Of a stretch of DNA of 64,000 bases, positions 9,362 through 18,985 are shown piece by piece. Made by a program: the position numbers and the translations under genes. Location of the stretch: assembly GCA_014729345.1 (NCBI GenBank), contig WJKB01000056.1, positions 71 to 64,070 of the forward strand, given 5' to 3'. Position 1 is the stretch's first letter. Each line of letters opens with the position of its first letter. Origin of the DNA: Candidatus Woesearchaeota archaeon (GTDB taxonomy: Archaea > Nanobdellota > Nanobdellia > Woesearchaeales > WJKB01). The notes beneath the pieces were generated by a model. The model saw nothing but the letters and a program-made list of their open reading frames with translations. It ran no database searches and was not told the origin of the DNA.

Positions 9362-11134
9362 ATGACCAATATACTGTTCTTTGACATAGGCATTGTCCTT
9401 ATAATCGCCACTGCCATAGCCTACCTGGCAAAGCTTATCAGGCAGCCGCTTATCCCTGCATACATACTCACAGGAGTCATACTTGGGCCTGTGCTGGGCC
9501 TGATAACCAACACTGAAGTGATCAACATCCTTTCTGAGATAGGCATCGCATTTCTCCTGTTCATAGTGGGCCTTGAGATAGATATCAAGAGGCTTACCAA
9601 TGTTGCCCTGATATCATCCCTTGGAGGCTTTATCAGGGCTGTGATGCTGTTTACTGCAGGTTTTGTGATAGCGCTTACCCTGGGTTTCATCCCTGTGGAA
9701 GCCATATACATAGGCTTAGTCCTGGCGTTCTCCTCGACAATGATAGTGGTCAAGCTTCTGTCTGACAAGAGGGAGCTTGACACCCTTCACGCAAGGATAA
9801 TAGTGGGTATCCTGCTTATGGAAGACTTTTTGGCCATCGTAGCGCTGGCCATGCTGTCGACCCCTGTGCTCTCGATTCTCAGCATATTCATGGCCTTGGT
9901 GAAGGTTGTGTTCATCATACTTATAGCCCTCGTCCTCAGCAAGTTCTTCTTCCCCTATGTGTTCAAGTATGCGGCAAAAGTCCAGGAACTGCTGTTCCTT
10001 GCGGCGATAAGCGTGCTTTTTTTCTTTTCAGTGCTCTCCAAGTATGTGGGAGTGATACTTGTCTTCTGCCTGGAAAGATTTGTCGACCCAAGCATAATTC
10101 ACATGCTTGAGCCAGGACTTTCCATAATCATAGGAGCGTTTGTGGGAGGGGTTGTGCTTGCGAACATGCCTTATTCCTATGAGATAATCGGCAGGGTTAC
10201 GCCTCTCAGGGATTTTTTTGCCACGATCTTCTTCGTGAGCCTGGGCATGGGGCTGCTGGTCAGTCATGTCAAGATAATCATTGTGCCCCTGGTCATATTC
10301 CTGCTTTTCGTATTCCTGCTCAAGCCTTTTGTGACCATGTTCCTGTGCTCGTTTTTCGGGTACAAGAAACGACCAAGCTTCCTTACATCCCTCAGTCTTG
10401 CGCAGGTCAGCGAGTTCTCCCTGATCATAGTGACACAAGGGTATATCATGGGCCAGGTAAGCGGTATCATCATGTCTTTCACAGTACTGCTCACTGTAAT
10501 AACCATGATCGTCACAGCCTATCTTATACAGTTTGATGAGAAGATCTATAATCTGCTGTCCAAGAAGCTGTCTATCTTCGAAAAGATAGGGAACACCTCC
10601 TCAAACCTTGAGTTCATGCCAAAGAGGATCAAAACAAAGGTCATCCTTGTGGGCTACAACAGGATAGGATACAGCATATACAACAAGCTCAAGAAGCTCA
10701 GGAAAAAGAGCCTGGTAGTGGACTTCAATCCAGAAGTGATCAAAGAACTTATCAAGAAAAAGATACCTTGCTTATACGGAGACATAGGCGACAGGGAGAT
10801 ACTTGAAAGGCTTGACTTCAGGGACGTAGAGATGGTCATATCCACTGTACCTGAAAAGATAGACAACCTCAGGCTGCTCAAGCTGGTAAAAGAGGTCAAC
10901 AAGAAGGCTTTGGTCGTGGTCACTGCAAACCATGTAGAGGATGCCCTGGACCTGTATGATGAAGGAGCTGATTACGTCGTCCTGCCGCACTTCCTCGGAG
11001 GGGAGCACGTGTCGCTGCTCATAGAGGAGACCAGCGCAGACCTGAACCGGATGATCGAGAAGAAGCTGAGCCATATAAAAGAACTCAAGAAAAGGAAGGC
11101 AATGGGCCACAGGCACCCAAGCCACCATGATTAG
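9362..11134 (+). CDS. Kef-type K+/H+ antiporter (CPA2) with C-terminal TrkA-N/RCK domain
   Basis: Multi-TM N-terminus with LLFIVGLE, SSTMIVVKLL, LAQVSEFSLII; RCK domain GYNRIG, VVDFNP, YGD, GADYVVLP. Confidence 0.92.
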   Translation: MTNILFFDIGIVLIIATAIAYLAKLIRQPLIPAYILTGVILGPVLGLITNTEVINILSEIGIAFLLFIVGLEIDIKRLTNVALISSLGGFIRAVMLFTAGFVIALTLGFIPVEAIYIGLVLAFSSTMIVVKLLSDKRELDTLHARIIVGILLMEDFLAIVALAMLSTPVLSILSIFMALVKVVFIILIALVLSKFFFPYVFKYAAKVQELLFLAAISVLFFFSVLSKYVGVILVFCLERFVDPSIIHMLEPGLSIIIGAFVGGVVLANMPYSYEIIGRVTPLRDFFATIFFVSLGMGLLVSHVKIIIVPLVIFLLFVFLLKPFVTMFLCSFFGYKKRPSFLTSLSLAQVSEFSLIIVTQGYIMGQVSGIIMSFTVLLTVITMIVTAYLIQFDEKIYNLLSKKLSIFEKIGNTSSNLEFMPKRIKTKVILVGYNRIGYSIYNKLKKLRKKSLVVDFNPEVIKELIKKKIPCLYGDIGDREILERLDFRDVEMVISTVPEKIDNLRLLKLVKEVNKKALVVVTANHVEDALDLYDEGADYVVLPHFLGGEHVSLLIEETSADLNRMIEKKLSHIKELKKRKAMGHRHPSHHD

Positions 11135-11405
11135 GATGTCTCAAACCACCAAAGAGCTGAAAAAGAAGGCAAAACTGCTGGAACCATTAGTAAGGATAGG
11201 CAGGGAAGGGCTTTCGCCTGGCCAGATATCTGAGATAATGCGTCAGCTCAGGCAGAAAGGCCTTGTCAAGGTAAAGATGCTCAAGGTTTACTACGCAGAC
11301 AAGGGGAGGAAACAGGCAGGCAAAGAGATCGCCAGCAAGACCGGTTCAGAGCTTGTCGATGTGGTAGGAGGCATCATAGTCCTGTCAAAAGAGACTGAGT
11401 CATAA
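11127..11405 (+). CDS. yhbY: YhbY/CRM-domain RNA-binding protein
   Basis: LKKKAKLLEPLVRIGREGL...LVKVKML...LVDVVGGIIVL. Confidence 0.85.
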   Translation: MIRMSQTTKELKKKAKLLEPLVRIGREGLSPGQISEIMRQLRQKGLVKVKMLKVYYADKGRKQAGKEIASKTGSELVDVVGGIIVLSKETES

Positions 11406-11500
11406 GGTTTATAAGCAAAAATAATATAAATGACAGGCGTATAGAGGAACATGACGAACATAAAGAAAAGATATGCTGTAGGGGCATAAGGTAAAAAAAG

Positions 11501-12922
11501 ATGGCAGATGATGAGTTACTTTTCATCAAAAAAGAGGACTATTTTGACAAGTATGATGAGGAAGTGATAGAAGAAGGACCCACAGACAGAGCCCAGATCA
11601 TCTCGACAGGATATCCCAAGCCTGTCCATAGATACAGGCTGGTACATGAGTCATTCCAGGCAAGCATTGAAGAGTCATATTTTTGGATACTGAATTACCT
11701 AAGGCATGACATGGGTTATGTCATGATAGACAAGATCATGGATGTGTTTGCAGCTTCTGAGCACAGCGCTTTCTTCGGCGTAGCCCAGCAAAGGGTTGGA
11801 CTGCAGCAGGACAAGGTTTCCCAGTTCCTGGCCACTATAGGAAAGATGGTCAAGGAGCTTTTTCAGCTGGTTAGGGAGTTGAGGATCCTTGACGAAAGGC
11901 TGCATTACTATTCAGACAGCTTTGACACTTCCAGCCCGAGCAGGCAGAGCGCTGAAATCACCCTGAAAGGGATATTTATCGATATGGTCGAGGGAGGTTC
12001 AAAGAATGCCGCCTCAGTGTATGGGATGGCAAGGGAGCTGCAGTTTGTAACCCTCCCTGACCTTTTCTTTTCCACAAACCCCCCCACTATAGAAGCTATC
12101 GACAAGTACGTGGATGAGCTTGACTTCAACGAGATGGTAAAACGTGTACTCAAGAGGAAGCTGAGGGCATTCATGGAATGGAAGTTCAGCACATACAAGG
12201 AGCTCAAGACCAGGAGGCTGTTCACGCTCAAGTACCTGAGGCAGCATTATGAGATCATCAGGCTTTACATGAACTGGGTCAAGCCTTATCTTAGGAACAT
12301 AGCCAGGCTCCAGTCTGAGAAGATGGAGCTCAGGAAATCCTCAACACCTGATCTCATAAGCGCTTTTGAGGGCAGCCTTGTCGAGATAGAGCTTATGGCA
12401 AGGGCAAAGGAGATGAATGTGGATGAGTGGTGGTCAACAGTGCTTGCCACGTTCGAATACAGGACAAGGCCGAGCATGAGCTTCCAGCAGGAAGGTTACC
12501 AGAGAGGACCCCTGCATGTCGGAGAGGTAAAGATAACTCTCAGGGGCTATGCCTGGAACGATGATGACGTAGACAACTACATAGCTTACAGGTCTGCTGA
12601 GGATTTTGAGCTTATAGGGCTTGTTGACGCGTCTGTCAAGGCAGCGCTGGAGGCTCTTGGAGACGAGCTGCTCAACTATCTCAAGGAAGCAGGGAGCACA
12701 TTCACTTCAGAAGGCAAGCTAAAGAAGCCTGTGGAGAAGCCAACATTGGGCCCAAAGGGGCTGATGAGAGAGATATTCGGAGCGAAAAAAGAGAGCAAGG
12801 GGAAAAAGGTATCGCCTTTCAGCCTTGAAAAACAGAAAAAGGCAGCATCATCGTTCGTAAAGAACAGTGTCTGGTACTGCTACAAGAACTACAAGAAGGC
12901 TCATAAGATGATGAGCTGGTAA
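11501..12922 (+). CDS. Hypothetical protein (473 aa)
   Basis: Long ORF with native codon usage; no motif recognised. Confidence 0.8.
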   Translation: MADDELLFIKKEDYFDKYDEEVIEEGPTDRAQIISTGYPKPVHRYRLVHESFQASIEESYFWILNYLRHDMGYVMIDKIMDVFAASEHSAFFGVAQQRVGLQQDKVSQFLATIGKMVKELFQLVRELRILDERLHYYSDSFDTSSPSRQSAEITLKGIFIDMVEGGSKNAASVYGMARELQFVTLPDLFFSTNPPTIEAIDKYVDELDFNEMVKRVLKRKLRAFMEWKFSTYKELKTRRLFTLKYLRQHYEIIRLYMNWVKPYLRNIARLQSEKMELRKSSTPDLISAFEGSLVEIELMARAKEMNVDEWWSTVLATFEYRTRPSMSFQQEGYQRGPLHVGEVKITLRGYAWNDDDVDNYIAYRSAEDFELIGLVDASVKAALEALGDELLNYLKEAGSTFTSEGKLKKPVEKPTLGPKGLMREIFGAKKESKGKKVSPFSLEKQKKAASSFVKNSVWYCYKNYKKAHKMMSW

Positions 12923-12923
12923 G

Positions 12924-13535
12924 ATGGCTGACCCGTTTGATGAACTAACAGAGCTTTCACCAGAAGAAAGGATAAGGAAGCTCAAAGAGATTGAAGATAA
13001 GAACAAGGCTGAGATAGAGAAGGCAGAAGAGCTGATAAAAGAGAGCAAACAGGAGATCAAAAGGGAGCATGAGAAGCTTGAGAAGATTCCCATACCCCAG
13101 CTCAAGGCTGTGGATGTAGACTCCCTCTTCAGCGCAGAAGAGAAGCAGATATTTGAGACAAAACGGTTTGCCAGGACGCGCAGGCCTGCAGGAGTCCAAG
13201 GTCAAAAGCCCGGGAAAGATGGGCAGAAGAGGCTGGAGGAAATGGCCAGGGAGGCGCCTGTCCTGAGCGAGGAGCAGATCAATGCCCAGAAAGAGTATTT
13301 TTCCAAACAGCCCACCAAGGTCCTTTATGAGACCGTGGCAGGCATCTATAATGAGGTGAAGGCCCAGGAGAGGGAGATGACTGAGGAGGAGAAAGCAGCT
13401 GCCTACCAGATCGACCAGGAGATGGACAAGAGGGCTGAGATGATCGAAACCGGCACCTACAAAGGCACAGGCGAGGACGTGCAGGATATGCTTGATATCG
13501 GCAAGAACATCATCAAAACATTGTATAGAAAATGA
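12924..13535 (+). CDS. Hypothetical coiled-coil protein
   Basis: Starts 1 nt after the previous stop; charged helical sequence. Confidence 0.75.
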   Translation: MADPFDELTELSPEERIRKLKEIEDKNKAEIEKAEELIKESKQEIKREHEKLEKIPIPQLKAVDVDSLFSAEEKQIFETKRFARTRRPAGVQGQKPGKDGQKRLEEMAREAPVLSEEQINAQKEYFSKQPTKVLYETVAGIYNEVKAQEREMTEEEKAAAYQIDQEMDKRAEMIETGTYKGTGEDVQDMLDIGKNIIKTLYRK

Positions 13536-13607
13536 CAGCCAAAGTGATAGGGCAGGAAAACTATGCCAAAGGTACAGAAGATATGATGACATGACCAGGA
13601 GCAGAAG

Positions 13608-15641
13608 ATGATATTTGATACAGCATACTATCACCCGATGGACAGGGATTACCACCCTGAACCCATAGAAGGGGCAGGCGTGAAGGATGTAGGTATGAGT
13701 GTCCCTCTTGGCATAGCAGCAGGCGATGTCCACGGTGTCGCTGCAAAGATAAGGAGCGGAGCGGGCAGCCTTGAGATAGGTTTTCCAGGAGCTGTGCGAG
13801 GACAGAGGCAGCAGCAGACCCCTGGGATGTGGGGGTTTGAGCAGAGACAGGCCCTTAGAGAGATGGCTGATGTCAACAAGGTTAACCTCACCACCCATGC
13901 AAGCTATGGGATAGGAGGCATGGCTGGTCAGGACCAGCAGGGAAATTTCTCAGATGAGTACAGGAAGACAGCTGTTGATGAGATCAAGCGGGCTATCGAG
14001 TTTGCAGCAGACGTGGCAAAAGGAGGAAGCGTTGTCGTCCACACAGGAGAGTATATCAGGCCCATCAGCGAGGAACCCTGGGCTGCGCAGGGAAAGCTTT
14101 TCAAGCAGTATGAGGAAGAGCCTGAAAGGGCTATTGTAAGGCTGGTGGACGACAGGACAGGACAGGTGCTTCAGCAGATAAGGAAGAACCAGATAGTTGC
14201 AAGGGCTGTCTGGAACAAGTCTGACAGGGATTTTACCTATGTTTCAGAGGTTGACAATCCGGAGATAGGAGTCAGGAAAGGCGATAATGTCCATGTACGA
14301 AAGGGGGACTATATCGATTATGAGAACAAGAAAGTCTCTTTTGACCAGAGGGTCCCTGAGTACAATCCAGAGACCAATTCTTTCAATATCACCCGTCAGA
14401 CATGGGATGATTTTGTCGAGGAAGCAAGGATCAGGAACGAGCAGCTTGCAAGAGAGAGAAAGGTCACGGTCAGCCAGCTGAGAAGCCTTTATCCTGATGA
14501 GTACAGGACTCCTGAAGAGGCTTTCATGGCAGCTACGACCGAATCGCAGGAAAGGGTGGCTCTGGGCTGGGCTGGGCAGTACTCGCGGACGCTGAAGGAC
14601 AACTTCAAGAACCTTGAGATGGTGAAAAAGGCGAAAGATTATTGGGATAAGCTGGAAGCCAGCATACCTGAGGATGAGAAATGGAAGATTATGGAAAGGG
14701 ACCAGCCAATGCTGTACGGAGCATTGGGCAAGGTCGCAGAGTTTCTTCCCAAGTCAAAGGGCGCAAAGACGCCTTCTGAGCTTCTGGATAACGCTATGGA
14801 AGAGCTTCGGAACGAGATAAAGAACGAGAGGGAGATGGTCACAGGCCAGTTGGAAAATGCTGAGACACAGAGGATACTGCGTGACCATGCTGTGAGCGCG
14901 AGAAAGTACGCACTTAAGAGGTCATATGAGAGCTATGCTGATGCAGGCATGCACGCCTTTTACCAGACGCAGGCAAAACGTACTGAGAAGCCCCTGATTA
15001 TCACCATGGAAAATATATTTCCCGAGCAGTATGGAGGCCATCCTGAAGAGCTGAGGGATCTTATCTATGGAGCTAGAAAGCAGATGGCAAACAAGCTTGC
15101 GAAAAAAGGGTATTCTGAACAGGAGGCTGAGAAGATCGCTGCCAACCATATCAAATGCACCATAGACACAGGCCACATGAACATGTGGAGGAAATACTGG
15201 CAGGGCTCTGACAAGGAATTTGACAAGTGGTTCCTTAAAGAGTCAGAAGAGCTGGCAAAAGAGGGGCTGATAGGCAATGTCCACCTCACTGACAACTACG
15301 GATATCAGGACGACCATCTTGCTCCCGGCCAGGGGAACACGCCTGTCAGGGCATTTGTTAAGGTCCTCAAGAAGCATGGCTATGACGGCGCTATGACAGT
15401 GGAGCCAGGAGCAGACGCCTCAACAGACCTGGGAGATTTCCACGGCCTTGCAAAGACCTGGAGATATTTTGGCAGCCCTGTCTACGGCCTGGCCTCTCCC
15501 CACAGGGTAGGGGCTCCTGCAAGGAACTGGACAGACGTCCAGTACGGTTATTTCGGGCGGACCTATCCGCCGTATTTCATATTCGGCGCATACAGCCCAT
15601 CAAACGACTGGCAGCTGTGGTCAGGAACCCCTATGGAATAA
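13608..15641 (+). CDS. Xylose-isomerase-like / AP endonuclease 2 TIM-barrel protein with large insertion
   Basis: LTTHA, AVDEIKRAIEFAADV..GGSVVVHTG, ITMEN, IDTGH, VHLTDN, DDHLAPGQG, MTVE metal-ligand pattern. Confidence 0.82.
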   Translation: MIFDTAYYHPMDRDYHPEPIEGAGVKDVGMSVPLGIAAGDVHGVAAKIRSGAGSLEIGFPGAVRGQRQQQTPGMWGFEQRQALREMADVNKVNLTTHASYGIGGMAGQDQQGNFSDEYRKTAVDEIKRAIEFAADVAKGGSVVVHTGEYIRPISEEPWAAQGKLFKQYEEEPERAIVRLVDDRTGQVLQQIRKNQIVARAVWNKSDRDFTYVSEVDNPEIGVRKGDNVHVRKGDYIDYENKKVSFDQRVPEYNPETNSFNITRQTWDDFVEEARIRNEQLARERKVTVSQLRSLYPDEYRTPEEAFMAATTESQERVALGWAGQYSRTLKDNFKNLEMVKKAKDYWDKLEASIPEDEKWKIMERDQPMLYGALGKVAEFLPKSKGAKTPSELLDNAMEELRNEIKNEREMVTGQLENAETQRILRDHAVSARKYALKRSYESYADAGMHAFYQTQAKRTEKPLIITMENIFPEQYGGHPEELRDLIYGARKQMANKLAKKGYSEQEAEKIAANHIKCTIDTGHMNMWRKYWQGSDKEFDKWFLKESEELAKEGLIGNVHLTDNYGYQDDHLAPGQGNTPVRAFVKVLKKHGYDGAMTVEPGADASTDLGDFHGLAKTWRYFGSPVYGLASPHRVGAPARNWTDVQYGYFGRTYPPYFIFGAYSPSNDWQLWSGTPME

Positions 15642-15645
15642 GAAG

Positions 15646-16188
15646 GTGAATATCAAGATGCTGAAATCAAGACTAAACGTGATAAAGCAGGAATATGACA
15701 GTTTTTACAAGGCTCTTTTGAGCAGAGGGAAGCTTCCTGCCAAAGACACTGGAAAAGGTTACTGGGGAACTGCAGACCCTGAGGAAGTATTTACGCTTTT
15801 CCAGGAGTTGAAGCTGCAAAGTTACAGGAGCTTCCTGGACCTGGGAAGCGGCGATGGAAAGGTTGTCATGATAGCCTCGCTTTTTACCAGGGCAGCAGGC
15901 ATCGAATATGACCAGGAGCTCCACGAAAAGGCTGAAGAGATAAGGAAAAGGCTTTCTTTAAAGGCAAAACTGATAAGAGGGGATTTTTTTGGGCATGACC
16001 TCTCAAAGTATGATATCATATTCATATTCCCTGACAAGCCGATGAACAGGGGGCTGGAGAAGAAGCTCAAGAAGGAGTTTAAGGGCAAACTTGTGCATTA
16101 CGGCTTTCATTTCCATCCCAGGAAACTTAAGCTTGAGAAAAGGCTGCAGGTAAAGGGAAATCTTGTCAGCGTCTACTGCAACAGTTAG
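15646..16188 (+). CDS. Class I SAM-dependent methyltransferase (DOT1-like motif arrangement)
   Basis: FLDLGSGDGKVV, AAGIEYD, IRGDFF, YDIIFIF. Confidence 0.85.
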   Translation: MNIKMLKSRLNVIKQEYDSFYKALLSRGKLPAKDTGKGYWGTADPEEVFTLFQELKLQSYRSFLDLGSGDGKVVMIASLFTRAAGIEYDQELHEKAEEIRKRLSLKAKLIRGDFFGHDLSKYDIIFIFPDKPMNRGLEKKLKKEFKGKLVHYGFHFHPRKLKLEKRLQVKGNLVSVYCNS

Positions 16189-16280
16189 TTCTGTTTTTTT
16201 GATATTATTGTTTCTTTTGACAGCTTGTTTCTGTAACAGTGTACCTGTTCAGGGGGTGCGCTTTTGTCGTATTTTTGATC

Positions 16281-16592
16281 TTAGTTTCTGCTGTATAGCG
16301 CTGCAGGGTCAGCCAGTCCAGGCCTTATCCTATATTCCATGTCCAGAGCAGGATCATCCCTTCCAAAGCTTTTGGCCGACAACACAGAATCCTGACAAAC
16401 ATTATCCTGAGCCAGCTGCATGTGGCGGCTCTTCTGCTGAGAAACTGCTTTCTGATGCTTCAGATAATCTGAACCAGGGCTGTAGCCTATGGAGGTGGAA
16501 CTGACAAGAGCATCGGTATTGTATGTTTGGGAAGCCCCGTACATCCTTGATACTGCCTGCGCTGCAAATGCTGCGTATGTCATCCTTGTCAT
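16281..16592 (-). CDS. Hypothetical protein
   Basis: GGAGG immediately before ATG; co-oriented with the upstream peptidase. Confidence 0.5.
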   Translation of the reverse strand: MTRMTYAAFAAQAVSRMYGASQTYNTDALVSSTSIGYSPGSDYLKHQKAVSQQKSRHMQLAQDNVCQDSVLSAKSFGRDDPALDMEYRIRPGLADPAALYSRN

Positions 16593-16608
16593 CCTCCGGC
16601 TTACATCC

Positions 16609-16845
16609 TCATGGGCTGCATGCTTGTATCATAAGTATATTCCTCAGGCTGCATCTTCTTTTTCTCATATATTCTATAGGGTTCCTGCTTCCAGGTATGC
16701 CTACATTTCCCATGTTATGATTCAGCACGTTATGGTACATCTTAAGTACAGGTACCAACAGGTTGCGCAGCTGGTCCAAACATGGTTGGTACTGTTTCAG
16801 GATTCCGTGCCCTGTATCCATCATCCCTGGTTTTTGTGCCGTCAT
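16609..16845 (-). CDS. Small hypothetical protein
   Basis: GAGGTGATT RBS directly before ATG 16845, just after the peptidase stop. Confidence 0.5.
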   Translation of the reverse strand: MTAQKPGMMDTGHGILKQYQPCLDQLRNLLVPVLKMYHNVLNHNMGNVGIPGSRNPIEYMRKRRCSLRNILMIQACSP

Positions 16846-16855
16846 AATCACCTCA

Positions 16856-17872
16856 TCAGTCACAGTAATGCGCCAAAACATTCCTGTCAATGCTCAGCTC
16901 GCATGAAGCTATCTCTCTGAAAGCCTGCATAGCCTCTTTTCCCCCTGCTATGACCTCCTGCACAAAATCAGATGCCTTGTCATGGATGTTGTTCTTTGCA
17001 GGCCTGTGCTTCAGCCTGATGCTTTTGCCTATGCCTGCTATGTCATGCTCTTTTATTGTTTTCATCCATGCTTCTGCAAAGGCGAACGCTTTTGCCTCCT
17101 CATCCTTCTTGTTTTTCAGTGTAGGGCTTATGCAATGCCCTATCTCATGCCCTATGGTCAGCAGAAGACTGTCAAGATCATCCTCAAGGACGAAAATATC
17201 TGAAGGCCTGGGCATCCTGTTAACAGCAAAACCCCTGATGCTTGGGTGAAAACTGCCTCCGCATGCTTCATGCGCCTTTTCAAGCTCTTGCATTCCAAGG
17301 ACATGTATGCTTATGAACGCTTCTGGAAGCTCCCTTCCGGTGGTAAGCCTGAATACCTCTTTGACATGCTCCATAATCTCGCTTGAGTCTTTCACAAATT
17401 CTGAGTATTCTCTTTCAGGTGCAAGAAAGTTACCTGCATTGAAGTAGGCTTTTCCAGAAGAATCTCTCCTGCTGCGAAGATACAGGCCCTGAGAATAGTT
17501 TTCTTGGGGATCAGGACCATAGTCTCGGATAGGGGTGGGCTCTGCAGCCATCTGTACAGGCGCTGTATCTGCGGCATAAGTGTTGACAGCAGGACTTAAA
17601 GAGTAACCTGATGCTGATGCAGCCAGCGTGTCGATGCTATAGGTGTCTGCTCTGGAGTTGGTGTCTGCTCTGGAGTTGGTGTCTGCTCTGGAGTTGGTGT
17701 CTGCTCTGGAGTTATCTCCTGAAATATAACCCTCTGGACCGGACGTAAGGGTGTAATCAGCAGAGCCAGAGCTGCCATAACCTCCTTCAGCTGCAGCTCC
17801 TGTTATTCCGCCTGCCCCTGTGCAGAACTCTGCGCTTGCGCTTGGGCAATTGTAATGGTCTCCTCCGCACAT
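16856..17872 (-). CDS. HExxH zinc metallopeptidase (zincin; ImmA/IrrE-like motif layout) with low-complexity N-terminus
   Basis: LLLTIGHEIGH followed by EEAKAFAFA; Gly/Ser/Ala-rich N-terminus containing (NSRADT)4. Confidence 0.75.
   Translation of the reverse strand: MCGGDHYNCPSASAEFCTGAGGITGAAAEGGYGSSGSADYTLTSGPEGYISGDNSRADTNSRADTNSRADTNSRADTYSIDTLAASASGYSLSPAVNTYAADTAPVQMAAEPTPIRDYGPDPQENYSQGLYLRSRRDSSGKAYFNAGNFLAPEREYSEFVKDSSEIMEHVKEVFRLTTGRELPEAFISIHVLGMQELEKAHEACGGSFHPSIRGFAVNRMPRPSDIFVLEDDLDSLLLTIGHEIGHCISPTLKNKKDEEAKAFAFAEAWMKTIKEHDIAGIGKSIRLKHRPAKNNIHDKASDFVQEVIAGGKEAMQAFREIASCELSIDRNVLAHYCD
17642..17713. repeat. Perfect 18-bp tandem repeat x4 (ggtgtctgctctggagtt), coding NSRADT
   Basis: Four identical in-frame units read directly from the sequence. 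Confidence 0.95.
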
Positions 17873-17971
17873 TTTTATCAAGCCTATATTTTCCCAGATA
17901 TGACATAAATATCAACATACACTTCTATAAGACTCAGAGGTATTTAAATAAATCGAGGAAAGGGTAAACAG

Positions 17972-17992
17972 TTGTGGGACAAAAATGTCATA
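17972..17992. promoter_or_regulatory. Putative operator GAC-N6-GTC upstream of peptidase operon
   Basis: ttgtggGACaaaaatGTCata; reverse complement matches the site at 18881-18899; weaker copy at 17899-17917. Confidence 0.6.
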
Positions 17993-18040
17993 GGAAGAGA
18001 AAAAAAATCTTTCATGTTCTAATATCTTTCATAATCTCAT

Positions 18041-18175
18041 CTACTCTAATCCTCTTTTAAGTTTCTCGAAATCTGCAATCATTGGAGACTTTTGGAGTTC
18101 GTAACGACCTCTACTAATCTTTTTTATTACGCCTAACCTAACGAGTCTGCTGATGCACACTGTTTGTATTCCCAA
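18041..18175 (-). pseudogene. Fragment of a winged-helix protein
   Basis: 44 codons translated by hand: LGIQTVCISRLVRLGVIKKISRGRYELQKSPMIADFEKLKRGLE; in-frame stop just upstream; AT-rich codon use. Confidence 0.45.
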
Positions 18176-18220
18176 AAGTTATTCTGATTTATTAGAGGAA
18201 AAAAGATCCTGATTGATCTG

Positions 18221-18868
18221 TCATACCCCTAACTCTTTCAGCTTCCTGTGCAGTGTCTCGTATCTCAGCCCTATCTTCCTGGCTGTCTTTGAGACATTGC
18301 CGTTGTTTTCTTCAAGCGCTTTTGAGATATAGTTCTTCTCAAATCTCCTTTCTGCCTGTTTTAGAGTCAGAGGTGATTCAGGCAGCTCTTTCACTATATC
18401 CCTTGAAAGGTCAGGCACCTGCTTGTAGACCTCTTCCAGCTTCTTGGGGTTAAGTACAGACCTGTACTCATCCAAAGTGTGCTCGATCATGGAGGAGACT
18501 GCTTCCTGCCTCACGTACTCAGGTTTCTGCAGATGCTTCCTGAACCTTTCTGCATCTATGTTAAGTCCTTTTATAAGCCGATGTATGCTTCTTCTGTCAA
18601 GGCCGCTTATCTTTGCCACTGCTGAGATATTTCCGTAATGCGTTCGGAGCAGCCTAACGATATACTGCCTCCTGAACATATCCTTAGCTTTCCGGAAAGG
18701 CAGCGACGTGTCGATCTCAAAGTCAAGCAGAGGGCTCCTTTTGAGGCTGTCTGAGATATCCCCGGATATCTCCCTGATTGTCACCCCAAGGAACTTGTGC
18801 ATAGCCTCATCTACCATAGGCTTAACCTTCTCTTTTATTACCTTGTCAAGCGATACCTTGTCTGCCAT
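18221..18868 (-). CDS. Transcriptional regulator with two Fis/NtrC-type (HTH_8) helix-turn-helix domains
   Basis: Two modules: FRRQYIVRLLRTHYGNISAVAKISGLDRRSIHRLIK and FEKNYISKALEENNGNVSKTARKIGLRYETLHRKLKELG. Confidence 0.85.
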   Translation of the reverse strand: MADKVSLDKVIKEKVKPMVDEAMHKFLGVTIREISGDISDSLKRSPLLDFEIDTSLPFRKAKDMFRRQYIVRLLRTHYGNISAVAKISGLDRRSIHRLIKGLNIDAERFRKHLQKPEYVRQEAVSSMIEHTLDEYRSVLNPKKLEEVYKQVPDLSRDIVKELPESPLTLKQAERRFEKNYISKALEENNGNVSKTARKIGLRYETLHRKLKELGV

Positions 18869-18880
18869 ATGATCACATGC

Positions 18881-18899
18881 TATGACATAAAAGTCGCAC
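18881..18899. promoter_or_regulatory. Putative autoregulatory operator tatGACataaaaGTCgcac
   Basis: Dyad site 12 nt upstream of the Fis-HTH start, within the divergent promoter shared with the MNT-HEPN gene. Confidence 0.6.
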
Positions 18900-18985
18900 T
18901 CATATATAAAGATTATATATTATTGTCCCCATTCAACAATAGTCAACAAAGTATTTATAGCTGATTACCACTTTTCAACACCAGA

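Noticed and set aside
12957..13898. 313-aa minus-strand ORF
   Set aside because: Antisense to two well-formed plus-strand genes; Leu/His-rich shadow composition
13608..15641. Intein explaining the TIM-barrel insertion
   Set aside because: No C/S start with HN-C/S/T end and no LAGLIDADG motifs seen
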